DNA of 64,000 nt from Tubiluchus corallicola (lineage: Eukaryota; Animalia; Priapulida): NCBI GenBank assembly GCA_030141605.1, contig JAQGDQ010000109.1, forward strand, positions 496,001 through 560,000, given 5' to 3'. Position 1 is the stretch's first letter. Each line of letters opens with the position of its first letter. Below are positions 35,062-50,097 of the stretch, in pieces. The translations under genes were made by a program, and so were the position numbers. The notes beneath the pieces were generated by a model that did not search any database, had not been told where the DNA came from, and saw nothing but the letters and a program-made list of their open reading frames with translations.

Positions 35062-38000
35062 CTAAAAACTTGCCTGAGTGGTGACTTTCTTAAATAATTT
35101 TTAAAGGAATACCATTATCCGTGTAAATTAGTATTTCGGTCAGAGAAGCTGACACAATGGTTGTACAGTAATAAGTTAGTAATTCGTGTTGTAAATTTTA
35201 ATGATCCTTGTGTGAATTTTCATTCTGATAATTTCTGAAAAACTCAGAACACTTCTCAGTAACAAGTCTCAGAAGCTTTTAAAAAACTTTGTGACAAAAA
35301 TGGAATTTTGCTTTAATATTTACATATTTTATTGCACACTTATTAAACTAAAAAATTCTGGAGTGTTATTTGAAGTTTGTTAAGTTTGTAATGTAGTTTT
35401 ACAAAATATTTGGCTTGCCATCAATAGCATATTTGATTTCAACTGTGTTTAGGCAGCTCAACAAACATTGAAACTACCAAAAACAGTGGTTCATTAGATA
35501 GTAAGATTACTGCTGTTCTGTAACAATATAATTCTGTATTATGCAAAAGAGACAAAGCATCTTTTGTTCTTTTGTTGTCATCTTGAAAACATTGTTGGCC
35601 GCTAGACAGTTTTACAGCTTGCAAAAACATGTCCACTGTATAGCTGCTAATTCTGTATTTGGACGTTTATTAATAAAAATGTAGTAAAATTTGCATTTTA
35701 ATCAGCATTTTGGGCTACTATGGATATCTCAAATATAAACGGTCATTTTCTCTGACTGAAATAACAGGTTGACAGGATATCTAGATTAAGCCATGACACA
35801 GGTGAAATGCCTCTGTTGCATCAGGAGGTTTTCCTGTTACCAACCTGAAAGTGGTTTAAGAACAATGAAGATCAATGATAAACATAGTTACATGTTACTT
35901 CCTAAGGGGGCCAAGCAACATAGTTACATGTTACTTCCCAAAGGGGACAAGCAGATCACTCTAGCTTGCTACTAACTCATTTCTGGGATGAATATATGAT
36001 ATAACAAATATGCTCAAAAATTTTTTTGGACGAATTCTGTCTCAAAGTGAACATCCAGTATCCTTGTTGTGATTTTGCAAATCTTCTTATGCAAAAAAAA
36101 AAAGGAACAAAAGCGAGCCTGTTTTTATATATTTTGAATTATAGTTTGTGGTTTGGATCACTGATTAATGGCTATGCCTGATGAGCATTCAAAATTAGGT
36201 ACAGTGCTAGGAAACGCATGAAAAATTTATCTATAGAATCTTGATACATGTTAGCTTAATGTAACTGAAGACAGGCTTGTCATGATCCTCCATTATTCAC
36301 ACTTACTAGCTTACGCAAATTTCATCTTCAATTACAGCAAGATTATCAAATTGTTTAAACATACATCATTTTTTTATTAAAATTTTCCTTAATATTGACA
36401 GTCAATCATTAACAATAATTTTACTTGCAATCTATAAACATTGGCTGAATCAGACCCAATGTTTATTAATGCAAAAACTAGAAACTCTACTACTCTATTG
36501 CTTTTACACCTGTTGACTCTTAAATCAACTTTCATATTGCTTATTAGCAGGTGACATTAGTTTTACACTTTAATAAAAAAAACTGTGCCAATTTATCCAC
36601 ATAATGCAATGGAACATTAAAAAACTTACTGTAACAAGAACTGGCAGTTTTTAGAAAAAACCCAAGTTTACGCCACTGCAATTACACATAATCATGAGAT
36701 CCACTTACAATAGCTAGAAGCAAATTTGCCAGAAAACGTTTGAAATTTAATGATGGATATAATCATTGCCACATTTATGCTGATCAAAAGAACATCGCTG
36801 ACATCAAACAAGTTTAGAATTTCCTAAACATGATTATGTTGCAAGAACAACAGATATCATATGCAAGGAAAAATGAGAGAACAAAGAACCAAATTTTCTT
36901 TCAATCCATCCAACTTACAAAAAGAAATCTTTAAGTCTCCTATAAATCTGGCACAGTAAATGCAACAACTCATGTTTAAAACAAAACATCCATTAAGAAC
37001 AGTAATCAAGTTTGAAATGCAAGTGGGATTTTTATAACACAAAACGACTTTTCCCTAGTTTTATTTACAATACCTACTTAATGAGGCTAATAGAAAAATA
37101 AACAACAATCTACATACTTGTCAACCAAAAAACACATTCTGCTTGCAAGTTTTTGCAGAACCATCGATGTGCTCATATTGCCTGGTTCCACAATGTCAAC
37201 TAGAAAAAGTCAAAGCATTTTCACTCAAATTATTAAAAATATGAGCACAAAAGTTAACTTAAACAAACAGGTATAGAAAATGAAAACCCACCGCTAATGG
37301 AGAAATAATAAAAATAGCGTGTTCAATTTCTGAGAGCTTACGGTTAACTTAAAGGTGCTTATTACACCCTAAAAGTGCTTATACTTAAATGCTGTGTATT
37401 ATAGAAATTAGAATTATAGAACTTGCATTTTAGTGAATAAAAAGCCATTGTAAACTGTCCAGCTACCTGATTTTGTGACGGAAAACTGTATTTTGCTATC
37501 AGGCTTCCATTGGCAACAAAATTACAGTGCACAGGTCTGACAAATGTAACATTTTATTGTTTGCTAGTTTGCATCTTTTTATGAAAAAGTGAGAGCAGTC
37601 TGTTTCAAACCTAGTCTGATGTTACATATTCAATAAATTAGGTTTAAAACAAAACACATAATTAAAGGTGTTATTTTGATATTAGGGATGAAGTTAGTGA
37701 TTTCCTGCATAGAATGGCTATACAGTGGGAGAGAACGGGGGGTAGAGAAAGAGAGTGAGCAAACACTTTACGGCTATTTTGCTATAAGGTTGTGTCATTG
37801 ATGACTATAGAAACAAAACTCATTTTTATTTTATAATTTTGATTTCTAAGTTTTCTCTCCGTCCCTTTCCAGTAAGTGATGTGCGCAAGTTGAATAACCA
37901 TTTTTGAAAATTACACATGCCTGCAATATAACCCAAAAAACTAAACATGGCTGACAACCCTGTGCACATGTAAATGAAGTGAATTCTTGATCTCTTTTAG

Positions 38001-38776
38001 ACCTGTACCTGTCATAGGTATTTGAAGTTTTAAACAAAGCACGTGACACCAAGAAAAGTTTTTTCTGTGTGAATATATGTCTACAGCAAGGATTTAAACT
38101 TTTGATTATTGGCAAACACAGAGACAAAAAGTTTAAAAGAAATATTTCCCTGGATATTCTTTTCGGGGTGTCAGCACCTAAAAGGGCATTTCTAATGTTT
38201 TAAGTTACTACTGGAGCTATCTACTATTAATTTACTATTGAAGCTTGCAACTTGCAAGTCAATCACATGCACGTAACGCACAGTATTCTCAACACTTTTC
38301 TTGTCATCTGAGCAATAACTGGGAAACTGTGATTTGTTTGTCCTGTGAGAGTGAACGCCACTGTACAAGTTTTACACTGTAGTAATATTTTATTGGCACC
38401 CACTGGCTCTTTCATAAAGTAAGAACAGCACAAATAAAAATAATAGACTTATTTCTAATCTCAAATAAACACTTGTAAAACATCATGAACAACAGTTTCT
38501 ATAAGAATATCTTCAATATCAGTGTCAATTTCATTGGCAAGTCACTGTTCACTCATGCTTACATCTTTACGGGGGTATAAACAGTAAGCAAGACAGCTTA
38601 CCATGTTTACAACGTCATTTATCAGTGATGAAAATGGCAGCAAGTTTGTTTTATTCACAAATGGCACAAGTGTCATAACAATATGATAGAAATAAAGACA
38701 AATATACAACCCTACCAAAGTTTAAAAGACAGATGAACGAATAAATGTTTCCTAACAAATTAAGTCTCCACCACTG

Positions 38777-41700
38777 TCAACCCAATATGAGACCTGCTCC
38801 AACTCGTGTAGCATTTTTCTGATGGTTGACCAGTGCACTAATGGCAAACGTGAACGGTAGTGGAGGTAATTTTTTCTCAAGAACAGCTCCTACCATCAAA
38901 TTACTATCAAGCATTCCTACAGCATGAAAAAAAGTTGTTGATCACATGAAATCCATGCAACAAAATAAGTATACTAAAAAGCTCTTTGGCCTAGTGACAA
39001 AATTTCTTTTAATTTTATAATTTTAATTTGTAAGTTTCTTTTCAATGTGAGTACTTATCATAGGCTGTATATCAATTTTAGCATAGTTGCTTAGTAAGCG
39101 TAATTTTATTTTATCAAATATGCATTATATAGCTAATACAGAAGCTCCAAAATCCAATAACTTGAGATTCAATTTATTACAAAATGCAGTTATAATGAAA
39201 ATACTACAGATGAAATTTAGCATTTGTTTTTAAGTTAGTACACTTCAGGCTTGCTTGAAAGCATGAAATAAACACATGCAAATTTTAAAATACAAGTATA
39301 CGTTTATTTTAAAGGTAAGTGTAACATCACTACTTCAAATGTGCTTTATATGTTTGCAAGTTGAAGAAATATGCACTGTCAGAATAAGTAAGTAAATAAG
39401 AAGCTTTTAAAAACAAGATCACTCATAATTCTGCAAACCATAAAGAATAATGGTTTGACAAAATTTAGCATGCTCTCTGAAAGAGTCAAACTATTAATTA
39501 TTCTTCTCAAATAGTCAGAAAATGTAAATCTTGATTAAAAAGAATAATATTATCCACGTTTTTTCCACTTGACTATAAAGTTCTATTGACAGTCAAGGCA
39601 GTACTATAAATGTAAAATTTAAGTAATCAAACTACCACAACTTCAGAAGACAAGCTTCCATTACAGAAGGCCTGCACTTACCTCTAAAAACTAAATTAGC
39701 TTTGGGCACATCGACTTGATAACCAATTGTTGCTACACTTTCTTTTAATCGGAAATTTGTTTCTAGCTCAACTCCGACCTGAACTTGTTCTTTGCCTTTG
39801 TGCCAGTAGCAAGCATGAAGACCGGCACTGCCAATTTGAGCACTTGCTACATAATTGTCACCTAAAAAATTATTTAGTACATGTACAAGCAGAGACCACC
39901 AATGGCACCATTAAATTTAAGAGATCTAAGAAGAGTGATCTAAGAAAATTAAATTGATATCTCGTTGATGGCTCTTCTGATTTAGTATCTTCTTTGAGCA
40001 CTATGCTTTGCCAGTTAAATAATCTGGTTGCTCTATGACAGGCAGTCTGTCTATCGAAATGCTGAGCTGCTCGTCTAATTTTTTATGGTATTGTTAATAC
40101 CATAAACAAAACCGGACACAATGTTAAACTGTACGTCAAAACAACCTGTTCTTTAAAATCTTGAAAGGAAACATACTAATTATTATTATACGAACACAAT
40201 TTCACATTCGCGCCACAAGTTTTTCGCTGTTACATGTATTTCGCCATTTGCTAGTTAGACGGGCACTAGGGCCTGCATTTCCGAAACCGTTGCACAAAAA
40301 TAGGTGCTGTACTTCTCAGTTCAGACGTGTTAGTTTGTGATGAACTACACACATTCTACACCTCATACGTCAGAGCAGCGGTAAATTCGATATTTAAATT
40401 TTTATCTTAAAACTTGCCAAGTTTTAGTACAACACACTGAATCTCTTACAGTAACACTGTATTTCAATTTTCGTTTTCGCAAATACAGGCAACACTCTCA
40501 TGGAACATTTTTGATGTTAAAAATTAGGTTAGTTTGTGATGTCATCATTAGTTGAACACGCCCGCCGTTAATTAAGACTTTAATCTATTACTTAATTATC
40601 AATAATTGCAGTATTAATTGTGTTAAAATGTATACTTTTTGTCGGACTTGAAAATGTGCCAGTATATGAAAAATCATCATGTCTTCCTTTAAGTCAGTAA
40701 TGTTGTGTAAGATCTTTATTTAAAACAAAACGTTTCGGGAATATCCATTACCGCATTCTTTCATCAATGAAAAATAAAATGTTTGCAATATTGTAATTGG
40801 AACATCATATTTTTCAGTAAAATTGGAAGTGACAATTGCATACAATCTAAAAGTTTCGTATTAAAATGTTCAATATGTTAAATAAAACTGTTGTTTGTTT
40901 TTAGACTGCTAAATGTTACTAGCTTTGTGATATAATTTTAAAGTCAACTGTTTTAAAGTCACAACACTGGAGCCCCATTTATCGTAACAAAGTGCTTGAA
41001 ACAGCATTGTAAGCCTGGGACAAACAAGTTTTTGAAGAACATAGTTAGGCCGCGTTTCCACTGCGTCCGCACAGACAGACTTTTCTGTCTGCACGTTTTA
41101 CGTCCGCAAAAATTGTTTCCATTGGGTTCGCACCCATTCCGTAGCATCCTACAAAAATATCATAGATGCAAAGAAATTTTGGGCTTTCTAGAAGAAATAA
41201 TCATTTGATTTTGCTTGGTTAAAGAAAAGGGCAGATAGGCAACACAGGAAGTGATTACATTGTTTTTTAGCTCGAAACAATGAACAGCTAGGCAAGTATC
41301 ATCACATTGCAATAAACGAGGAGTTGGACATACCTAAATTAAAAATGCAACTTGCAACGTTCTGGAATTTAAATAGATTGCGTCTATTTATTGAAAGAGA
41401 ATAGTCATTGAAAGAGAAATAATTGTTGCATATAATTTTCATCATTGAAACTGTGTTTAACTGTGTGCAATGTAAATTTAAGAACCTGCAATATTGTAAA
41501 TAGCAATAGATCAGCAGACAAAATCGAAATACTATAACAATTATGCCATATAGCGACTATTTAGAGTGTGTAATTATTTACTGTAAATTTAAAAATTGCC
41601 TTGAACGAAGAATGGCAAAACCGAGCTAAATTTCCAAAACTTTAGAAAGTAGTAAAATTAATAACAAAAACTAAATGTCCAACATTCTCCAATGACCTCA

Positions 41701-44700
41701 AAAGGTTTTTCAGTTAGCAAAGATCTTGTAAAGTATCTGTGACGAAGCCAAATTCTACGTGTATAATTTATTCCTTCTTTATTACGAAAACGCACTTTTC
41801 CGTCCGCAAAAAAAGGTTTGACAATTAAAGTGTGGATCCATGTGAGTACGTGGCTTTCCATGCAGACACAGTGGAAGTGACAAACACGTAAACTATAATT
41901 TACAAAAGCGCGCTATTGCTTCATTTCTTTTCCGTGTGAGTCATACAAAAAAAGTCTGTGTCTGTGCGGGCGCAGTGGAAATGCGTCCTTAATTTGCTCA
42001 AATATGAGAAAAGGCAACATAGGTAAATGGTGCAGTCTTACCGGCATATTTTCCTCCAATACTTAATACTCCTATTCGTCCACCTGGTACTTGTACACCT
42101 TGTTGATAAGCATATTCCGCACCAAGTGCTAATCGTTGCGTTACGGCTTGCATATAATGAATTACACCTACACCTGTAACACAAACAAGAAGAGGTATTT
42201 TATAATAACAACTTGAAGAAATTTAAATTCTTCATTACAGAAAAAGAAAACATCGAGGTAAAAAATCAAAGCTATAAGCGAAAAGCCTATATATATATAT
42301 GTAAAGTTATGTTCTTTAAGAGGAACTGCAGAGTCGCCCCAAGATATAAGTGAGATATATAATCACTCCTAGTGCTAAAAATGGACTGATGCTTTAGAAT
42401 CACAAAAAATTAACAGTTCACTATTGAACTACACACAGCAATACATTAAATGCACATTTCAAGAGAACTCTTCTAAATGAGAATGAGTTTCCCAAAAATA
42501 CTGAATTACTGGCCGAATGACGGCTGTGAAACCCTTTTATATAAAGCTTGAAAATGGGTATATGAAAACAGGAATGGTTGCATTATTCACATCATTGTGA
42601 TAGTTCATTTACAAGTTACACTGTCAAAAAAGTAAGTGGTCATGGATACAGTTCTTCTTCTCCACCATCAGAAAAGTAACTACATAGTTACAGTTACAGT
42701 TCCTTAAAGAGTAACAGTTAGACGAAGTTATTACATGTGACAAACGCTAGACTGAAGACGCATTGCTTGACTTGCACAACAGAAACTAGTGCATAATAAC
42801 AATCAACTGTACACTACTGAAAGAAAAGTATAACTGGCAGAATGCAACATTTATACAATGAGCATTTAATGAACTTTTGGCTTGATTCTAGGTAAATATT
42901 GAAGCAGGAGTTTCATTATTTCCATTACAATAAAAAAGAACTAGTTACAGTTTCAAGATAAAAAATTGTAATTCATTACTGTTACAATTCCACAAATTTT
43001 GAACTATTTTTTGGAATTAATTACATTCGTAGCTTGTTATTCCCATCACTTATTATTAAAAAGCAAGAGATGGTAGCAGTACGATGCAGTTTTTGAAATT
43101 TCAAACTTATAAATGATGTGGCAGCAACTCTTTCAAATGAGTACATTTATATCTCACAAGAAGACTAGAGGGCTACAAAAGTAATTTGAGTGTCAATTTC
43201 AAACTGATATTAATTGTGTACTACTAGCTTATCTAGCTAAATAAAATTTTATTGCAGTATGTGCACAAAAGCCATATTTAGACAATTTTGAAAAAAATGC
43301 TACTAGCCATCAACTCTATAATAGACACACAGCAAGACAGAAACCATACTGAACCAATCTGTCACTAACCTGATTGGTTAATAACATCTAAGTTGCCAAC
43401 AGTTACAGATGCCGTAAAGTCGGAACCTCTGTAATCTGTTGTTAATTGAGAAGCTGCAAACTTTGATTTTTGAATCTGAAACAAAAAAATATCAGTTATT
43501 GATTTGGCAGTGATTCCTCATTCACAAAAGGGTTAATCAACTGATGTCTGGAGATGTATTTCTGAACAACTACAGTGTTTTACATATTATTTTGCAAAGA
43601 TGTCAAGGTTGGAGTTTCAATTACATGGTTATATCTTCCAAATCTGCCGTAATTAATATTCATTTCTCTACATATAAATACTATATAACATTACATGTAT
43701 ACAAAAAAACAAACCCAGCAGATTTTAAATCAGTACCATCCATTAATCCTCTAGACAGCTAACAAGCAAAAAGTACATGCTAATAAGTTAGCACAAGTAA
43801 AGAAATATTAAATTAGCCTTTCCAAATAACTCCTGCAATTAATTTTTGTTTGGAAAGTTATTTTACATTTCGCAGAACTTTGAATAAAACTAAACACTGA
43901 ACTAAAAAGTACTATTAATACAGAAGCATTCTTAATAAAATTCTATTAACTATAATCAATTTTCCGCTATAAAAAGTGCAAGCAGTTGCGTAAAATGTCA
44001 CCACAATCTGGTGCAGATATTAATAATGCTATCCACACAAAAACAAAAAATTGTATATTACAATTTGTTTTACCCGACTGCTGTGTCCCTTGAGTGAGTT
44101 GTGTCTCTTTTTGTTTTTTCATTTCAATGTAATGAAGATAAATTTAAAATTGTATGATGTTATGAAGAACAACAGAACTAATTACCTGAGCAGCAAATTT
44201 ACACTGAATATTAGGTGTAAATTTGTGAATGATATTGGCATTCATGTCACCACTTGGGTCGATATCACCTAATAGAATTGGAAATGCCTGAAAAGAGAAA
44301 AGACAAATTTTAGAAATATAAACATGGGTCATAACAATTCTCAACAAAAACGTTAACTGTGAAAACGTTCTTATACGATAACAGAAAATGTAGCAAGTCC
44401 CTGCTTAACAATTCCCAATTTAGTCACAATTCATTTTAACGATGATGCATATTTGATACACATTCCCTTGCTTAGTGACAAATGTTTCACTTTAATGGCA
44501 AATTTTTGACTCAGTAAGTTCAGTTTAAACTGCTAAATTTTGTTTGCTGTACTAACACTTTATAAAACCACCACTACCAAAGGGAAATTAAAGCTACTTC
44601 ATAACAAACTCTCAAACTGACACATTTCTATATCACTCTGTTCAGCACAACTAAAAACATGACCAGAGGAAGAAAGAAGAAAAGTTAGGACGATTATGAG

Positions 44701-47578
44701 ATATAAAAAGTTGAACATTTTAAGGCAGTTTCATGAAAAAAATTAGGCATCAAAAAGTTCATAACTAATCTTTGTTTATTACTTAAAGCAGTTCTTTGCC
44801 ATACTCTAAAACAAGCTACCACCACTAAGCGAAGACTTACTGTAAACATATTAACAAGCTAGCTTTTAATGTACAGTGAAATAATAATTATTAAAAGTAG
44901 ATTTTGCATATATATTATAAAATTACAGTAATTACTAACAAGTGATGTTAAAAATGATAAATCAGTCATAAAAATTTGACAATACTATTATACTCCACTG
45001 TGTGCCTATCACGTGTCTATCTGTCTGCATATGTATCATATACTACAGCAATACTGCAACAGTACTCATCTTGTAGGAAGTATGGCATTTGTTACAAAGA
45101 AATGTGTGGAAGCAAAATGTAAACCTAGACGAAAGTTGCTAACTACTGAAAAAAACTGCGAAAATTTTGCAAGCCATTGTTCTGAAACTAGCTTGAAACT
45201 CCGGGTTATTTTACTAAACAGGATCACACATGTTATATTATAGTCCTCACATGCTTAACCTGTTAACTTTTTAAATGTACATTTGTTAAAAACTAGCCAT
45301 AAAAATTTAAAAAAAACACAAATTGTTTATATGGCACACACATAATCAAACATACAGCACATTACATATACCAATGATACAGAGCAAATACTATACAAGT
45401 AATACCTCAGTGGGACTATACTGTTTTGTTCCTACGTAAGTAGCACCAAATCTATATCCACTTGGTTGAAGAGCTGACATGGTTATTGTGTGACTAATCT
45501 GGAAGTGATTGCTTAGTCCTTTATTAACTAACAATTTGATTCCATCGAAATTGACTGGCATAACATCTGCAAAAGTAAATCCATAAAATGAAATTAATGA
45601 GGTAAAAGTTTTACCAACATTGTATTCATCGCAAGTTACCATGGCAATACATACCATTAGTTTATCACATCTGCTACACAAATGGCTAGTCACAAATCGG
45701 CTGTAAATTAAATGTGAATCCAACTAGTAACCTGATAATTTAGCTTAGCATGTACATTTTCTATCAACATAGGAACTAAAGACCTAAATAAGTAACTTAA
45801 TTAGAGTAATTACTAATAGAAAAGTTGCAGACAGTGGTTTTATGTACTAACTGCACAGGCCTGAACTGTACCACTGCGCATGAATGTGGGAATGCAAGGG
45901 CTTGTGTCTAAAGAGAACTATAAAAGATTACTATACTGTTATTCCAGATTAATTACAACTGGTGATATTACTACATACTTATTTTAGCCTTTACAATGTC
46001 ATTATTTAAAATAATAAGAGAACTGTTATAATGAAGTTGTTAAAATATTTTACAATTTCATAAATTATACTAATGTAAGAGCATTATGGCGTCAATTATG
46101 TCAGCACTCCCTCTATCATATTAGTTACTTCCTAGTTGTGATGTAAGCTTTACTATTTACTGTTAATCTCCACCCAATCTGAGCTTCCTGCTGGAGTCAG
46201 CTCCAATGTTACTGTAATGCGGAAACCCAGGTGTCAGTGCCCCTAGTTACAGTGGAAAAACCTTGTTTTTCTCAACCATATTGCACCATGCGTGGAAGAT
46301 CTTCCTTTGCTGACAGGAGAAGAGCAAGATTAATATGCAAGCAAAAGGACATAATTTTGTTCATGGACATTTCATTATAGCATTCTCATGATATCATAGT
46401 AACGGAATTACATAATTGATGATTTATGACGACAGCATGAATGATGTGATATCTGATGACATGGTAATTGGAGATATTGAAAATTTTGATTTATGAACGA
46501 CATATACCTTGACAATGATGTGTATGACACTCAGTACTAGTTTTGACTGAATAATGTCATGGTTAAATAACTATATTGTTTTGTGGATGAATTAAAAGTT
46601 ATGATAATTATGATATTTCGGCGATTCTACTGAATAATTATATCAATTACTATGAAAGATGATAATTACATTAATATGATTATTGTGCATGCTTACTCTG
46701 TGCAGAAAGTATACTAATTTTTTGCTAGCTTCATGTAAAAGCTATCCTTACTGTATTTACCTTATACACATCTATATTTAAGCCAAGCCACACAGAAGCT
46801 GACTTCATTTAGTGACGTTTATTACTCGCATGAGTGAATATGATATTACCACAGTAACCTGCTGGCGCCATCTGTGTTCTATAATCGAAATTATATTCAC
46901 AAGTAACATACATAATAGTGGTGCCACCGATGGGTTACAGTTAATTCAAATCACTGGCAGTATTTGGTGGTGATGCCTTTCAACCACTAACCGAACAGAC
47001 AAATGAATGTTTATGGTGCTGCCACATTGCGAGGCTTGGATTAATTAGAGTTAGCATTTGCAAAATTCTCATATTTTCCTTGCGTAAAGGTAGAGAAGCA
47101 TCAGAGCACTATGGCTTCAATTGTACTAGCACTCCCTTCTATTTTATTACTTGTGACTTAAGCTTTACTATTTACTGTTGATCTTCGCCTCCCTGTTGTA
47201 GTCAGCTTTAGCATTACCATCTGAAGTTAAAACAATGGGCAACATGATGAAGCTCAAAGTAATGTGAAACAAAAAAACTAACAAAAGCACAAAACGCACC
47301 ACTCTTGTTTTAAAATGATTTTATATTAGTTATCTACAAAAATTATCAATACACCATAAACACCAACCTTTACATTTTTTATGTAACTCTTCAAAAGTTC
47401 CGGGGTGATCGTGAGCGTCGGGTGGCTGAGGTTGCTCCTTTATTACAGAATCTGGTACAGCCTGAGCAGGAGAATCGGCTTCACGAGTCACTGGTTGTTT
47501 CGTTGAACTTGGAGTTCCAGCAGTAATTGGAGGCGCAGGGGGTAACGTCTGCGGTCCAAGAGCTAATACATTACCCAT
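38777..47578 (-). CDS. TOMM40: Mitochondrial import receptor subunit TOM40, 7 exons: 47578-47368, 45566-45406, 44287-44186, 43475-43370, 42173-42042, 39861-39682, 38916-38777; 343 aa
   Basis: MGNVLA...PGTFEELHKKCKDV...NKGLSNHFQISH...SGYRFGATYVG...FPILLGDIDPSG...DYRGSDFTAS...VLEKKLPPLPFTF. 1032 nt, phases consistent. Confidence 0.96.
40160..40692. mobile_element. Non-autonomous DNA transposon, Kolobok-like; inverted paralog of 55848-56456
   Basis: About 500 bp align by eye to the reverse complement of 55850-56360; terminus gtcttcctTTAA. Confidence 0.65.
41048..41988. mobile_element. PIF/Harbinger-type MITE, 941 bp, in a TOMM40 intron
   Basis: TIRs ggccgcgtttccactgcgtccgcacagaca and (reverse complement) ggacgcatttccactgcgcccgcacagaca; TTA on both sides (41045-41047, 41989-41991). 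Confidence 0.85.
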
Positions 47579-47641
47579 CTTTCTTAAAATGTGTCTAAAG
47601 TATTAAATGGCAGAAAAATATTACACTGAAATTCCATCAAT

Positions 47642-47710
47642 TTGCACATGCACAGGCAGTCGCCATATGTAAATAAATCGTCCACTGATTGGTTAGTCTT
47701 TGCACGTGTC
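47642..47710 (-). promoter_or_regulatory. Putative TOMM40 proximal promoter
   Basis: 60-130 bp upstream of the ATG: degenerate NRF1-like tgcacatgcaca, YY1-like atatggcg (minus strand), CCAAT (minus strand), E-box cacgtg; local CpG enrichment. Confidence 0.5.
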
Positions 47711-48799
47711 GTACGATGGATCAAAAGTGGCAACGAAATAACGACAAAAAGCATGCAGTACGACGCATCGCCGAAAAGCAGGACAGACCGAAAGCATTAT
47801 AACTTTGCAACATATTATTTATCACATTGCGCATAAATTCTTGGTTGACATTCCTTCCTGACCTCCATTCGCAGCACAAAAATCTACTGTTTCACTGTGC
47901 GACTCAGGAGGGATAAAAACTACATGTTTGCAGCTTCTCAGCACTTCAGAGCAAGAGATTCTGACAATTTTTTCCAAAAATTAGTTATGACCACAGTTTA
48001 CATCAGAAACATTGTGTCTATAAGTGGTGACAGTAGTCCAGAGCTGCCATCTAATTTTAACAATTATAAACTACATTTCAGTACTTTTGTAACTGCATAT
48101 TGCATAAAATGTTCTGAGCAAAAATATTGTACCTGATACAGTGATAATGTATAATATGTGCAGTGCAAAAGCATTGTATCTGAAACGATCATAAAAATAA
48201 TTAGTTTCTGTGATATTATCTGCTGGTATACTTTCCCATAAATAATATTTCCACTGAATGCAAAATATTTTTAACTAGGTTACAACAATCAGCCACTGTT
48301 CATGTTCATTGTTCACTCGCACTTACCCATCCGCCCATTTGTCCATCCGGCGCTTAATCCCTTTTAAATCAGTGTGAGTGACAACGAATTGTTTTACTGC
48401 TAGACTGCTAGTTTAAACTTGCTAACACGCAAACATATTTTTACACACACATATACCTAATTTATAAGTTGCAGGTGCATTAGACTAATAACAGATGCTT
48501 TAATCATTACACAATGCTTAACATTATGTTATCCTTCTATTACTTTACCGCATATTTTAAGTCTAAGTTAAACCTTCATGATACCCCATGTTTTTACCAT
48601 TACGTCCTTCGATAAACTAACTACTTGATTTTTTCCACCCCCAAATAAAAACCATCTCAAACACTTTTCATCAGTTCCTCTTTGTCAAGAGACTTTGTTT
48701 TTTATCTGCACATAAAATTAACATTTTAAAATTACATGCTCTGCAGTTTCAATATCTTTGCTACATTTACTTTTTTCCAAGCAATAATGGAAATAATAC

Positions 48800-49200
48800 A
48801 TTACGAGCATACAAAGGATTTCCTACCAATTCTAGTGCACCAACCTTCCAGTGTTCAAATGCATTCATCCAGTGTTCAAATGCTCTATTGTTTTTGCAAT
48901 CCCTGTATCTTTTGACTGTAGAGCATTTACTTAATTTTTTCGTCGTATTTCAGCGACTACTTCGTCTAGTCTGTATGTACATCTCATGCTTTTTTGCCCA
49001 ATTGTTTGTCACAAATTTTGTTCAATCCCAACTCATTTAGATCTCCCAATGCCATAATATTGCCAAACACTGGCATCCCAAATTTATCACTTGAATGCCT
49101 GATTCTTTGCAGCCACTTAGATCACCCATCAAGACTTGCTGTACGCATTGTTTAACTTTAAACATAAGCTCTAAGCATGTACTTGCAAGACTGGGCTACC
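48800..49200 (-). mobile_element. Possible heavily decayed LINE endonuclease fragment
   Basis: Minus-strand VLMGDLSG and MALGDLNE resemble the APE endonuclease GDFN motif; many frameshifts. Confidence 0.3.
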
Positions 49201-50097
49201 TGTGTAACTTGCATTAATATGCCAAAATTAATAATGAAACAGATCCTAAGACAGAGAAAGATCCCGGCATCTGCAATCAAATACAAACTAGTCCACACAA
49301 GACCATTGTATATTGCTCATTAACTCAGAATGAGGTTGAATGCAGATACAAGGTTCTTGCTCTCATGCAACGATATGATCATGGGCATAATATTATTTGA
49401 GGTGGGAGGTTTAAGGTACTCAGTAGCCTTAGTATACCTAGAACTAGCAGTTCAAATTAAGTCAAAGAGTGGTTTTCTCAAACGGTTAGTATATTGTTAC
49501 TGCTACTATATAGATCATCAAATGGGCCCAAGGCAATTCTATAAATAATTAATGATTCCAAGATTTCAGAAACAAGGACAAAAATGTACACAAAGTTTTT
49601 TGCTTCTGTTTTTAAAAAGGACCTAATGTCAATGACCAATCACATCTGTTCATTATAGGTGAATGTAATAATTAAATGTGATGTAAACGTACAATACATA
49701 AACTCATTCTGAATATTAATTTCAACATGTTAGCTGACGTGGTTTACTTAAACATTTTTCCTATGTTACTTTATGTTGTTTGCCTGACTATTTACCATAG
49801 TGTCAAAGCTTGGACACACATTTAAATGAAAAGTTGTTGTAGAAAAGATTTATGGAAGAAAAGTATTTAGTATTATGATTCCCTTAAACTCGTGTAGGGT
49901 TACGATAAAGGCTAGATTGCAATAGAAACAGCAGAAAGTAATGTAGCAGTATTGTATCAAAGACAAAATACTAATCTAACACATTAAGTAGACAAAATGA
50001 AAAGAAATTCGGAGTCAGTTAAACCTTTTTTCTTGCCTAGTTACAATATACACATGTCCAAAACAGTATAAGAAAACATCAACCACAAATTGGTATT

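Noticed and set aside
35880-35955. 36-bp tandem duplication (similar small ones near 7820, 59125 and 61875)
   Set aside because: Ordinary local duplications with no evident consequence.
36200-37100. Hydrophobic minus-strand fragments as a further GPCR pseudogene
   Set aside because: No diagnostic motifs; T-rich DNA translates as hydrophobic by default.
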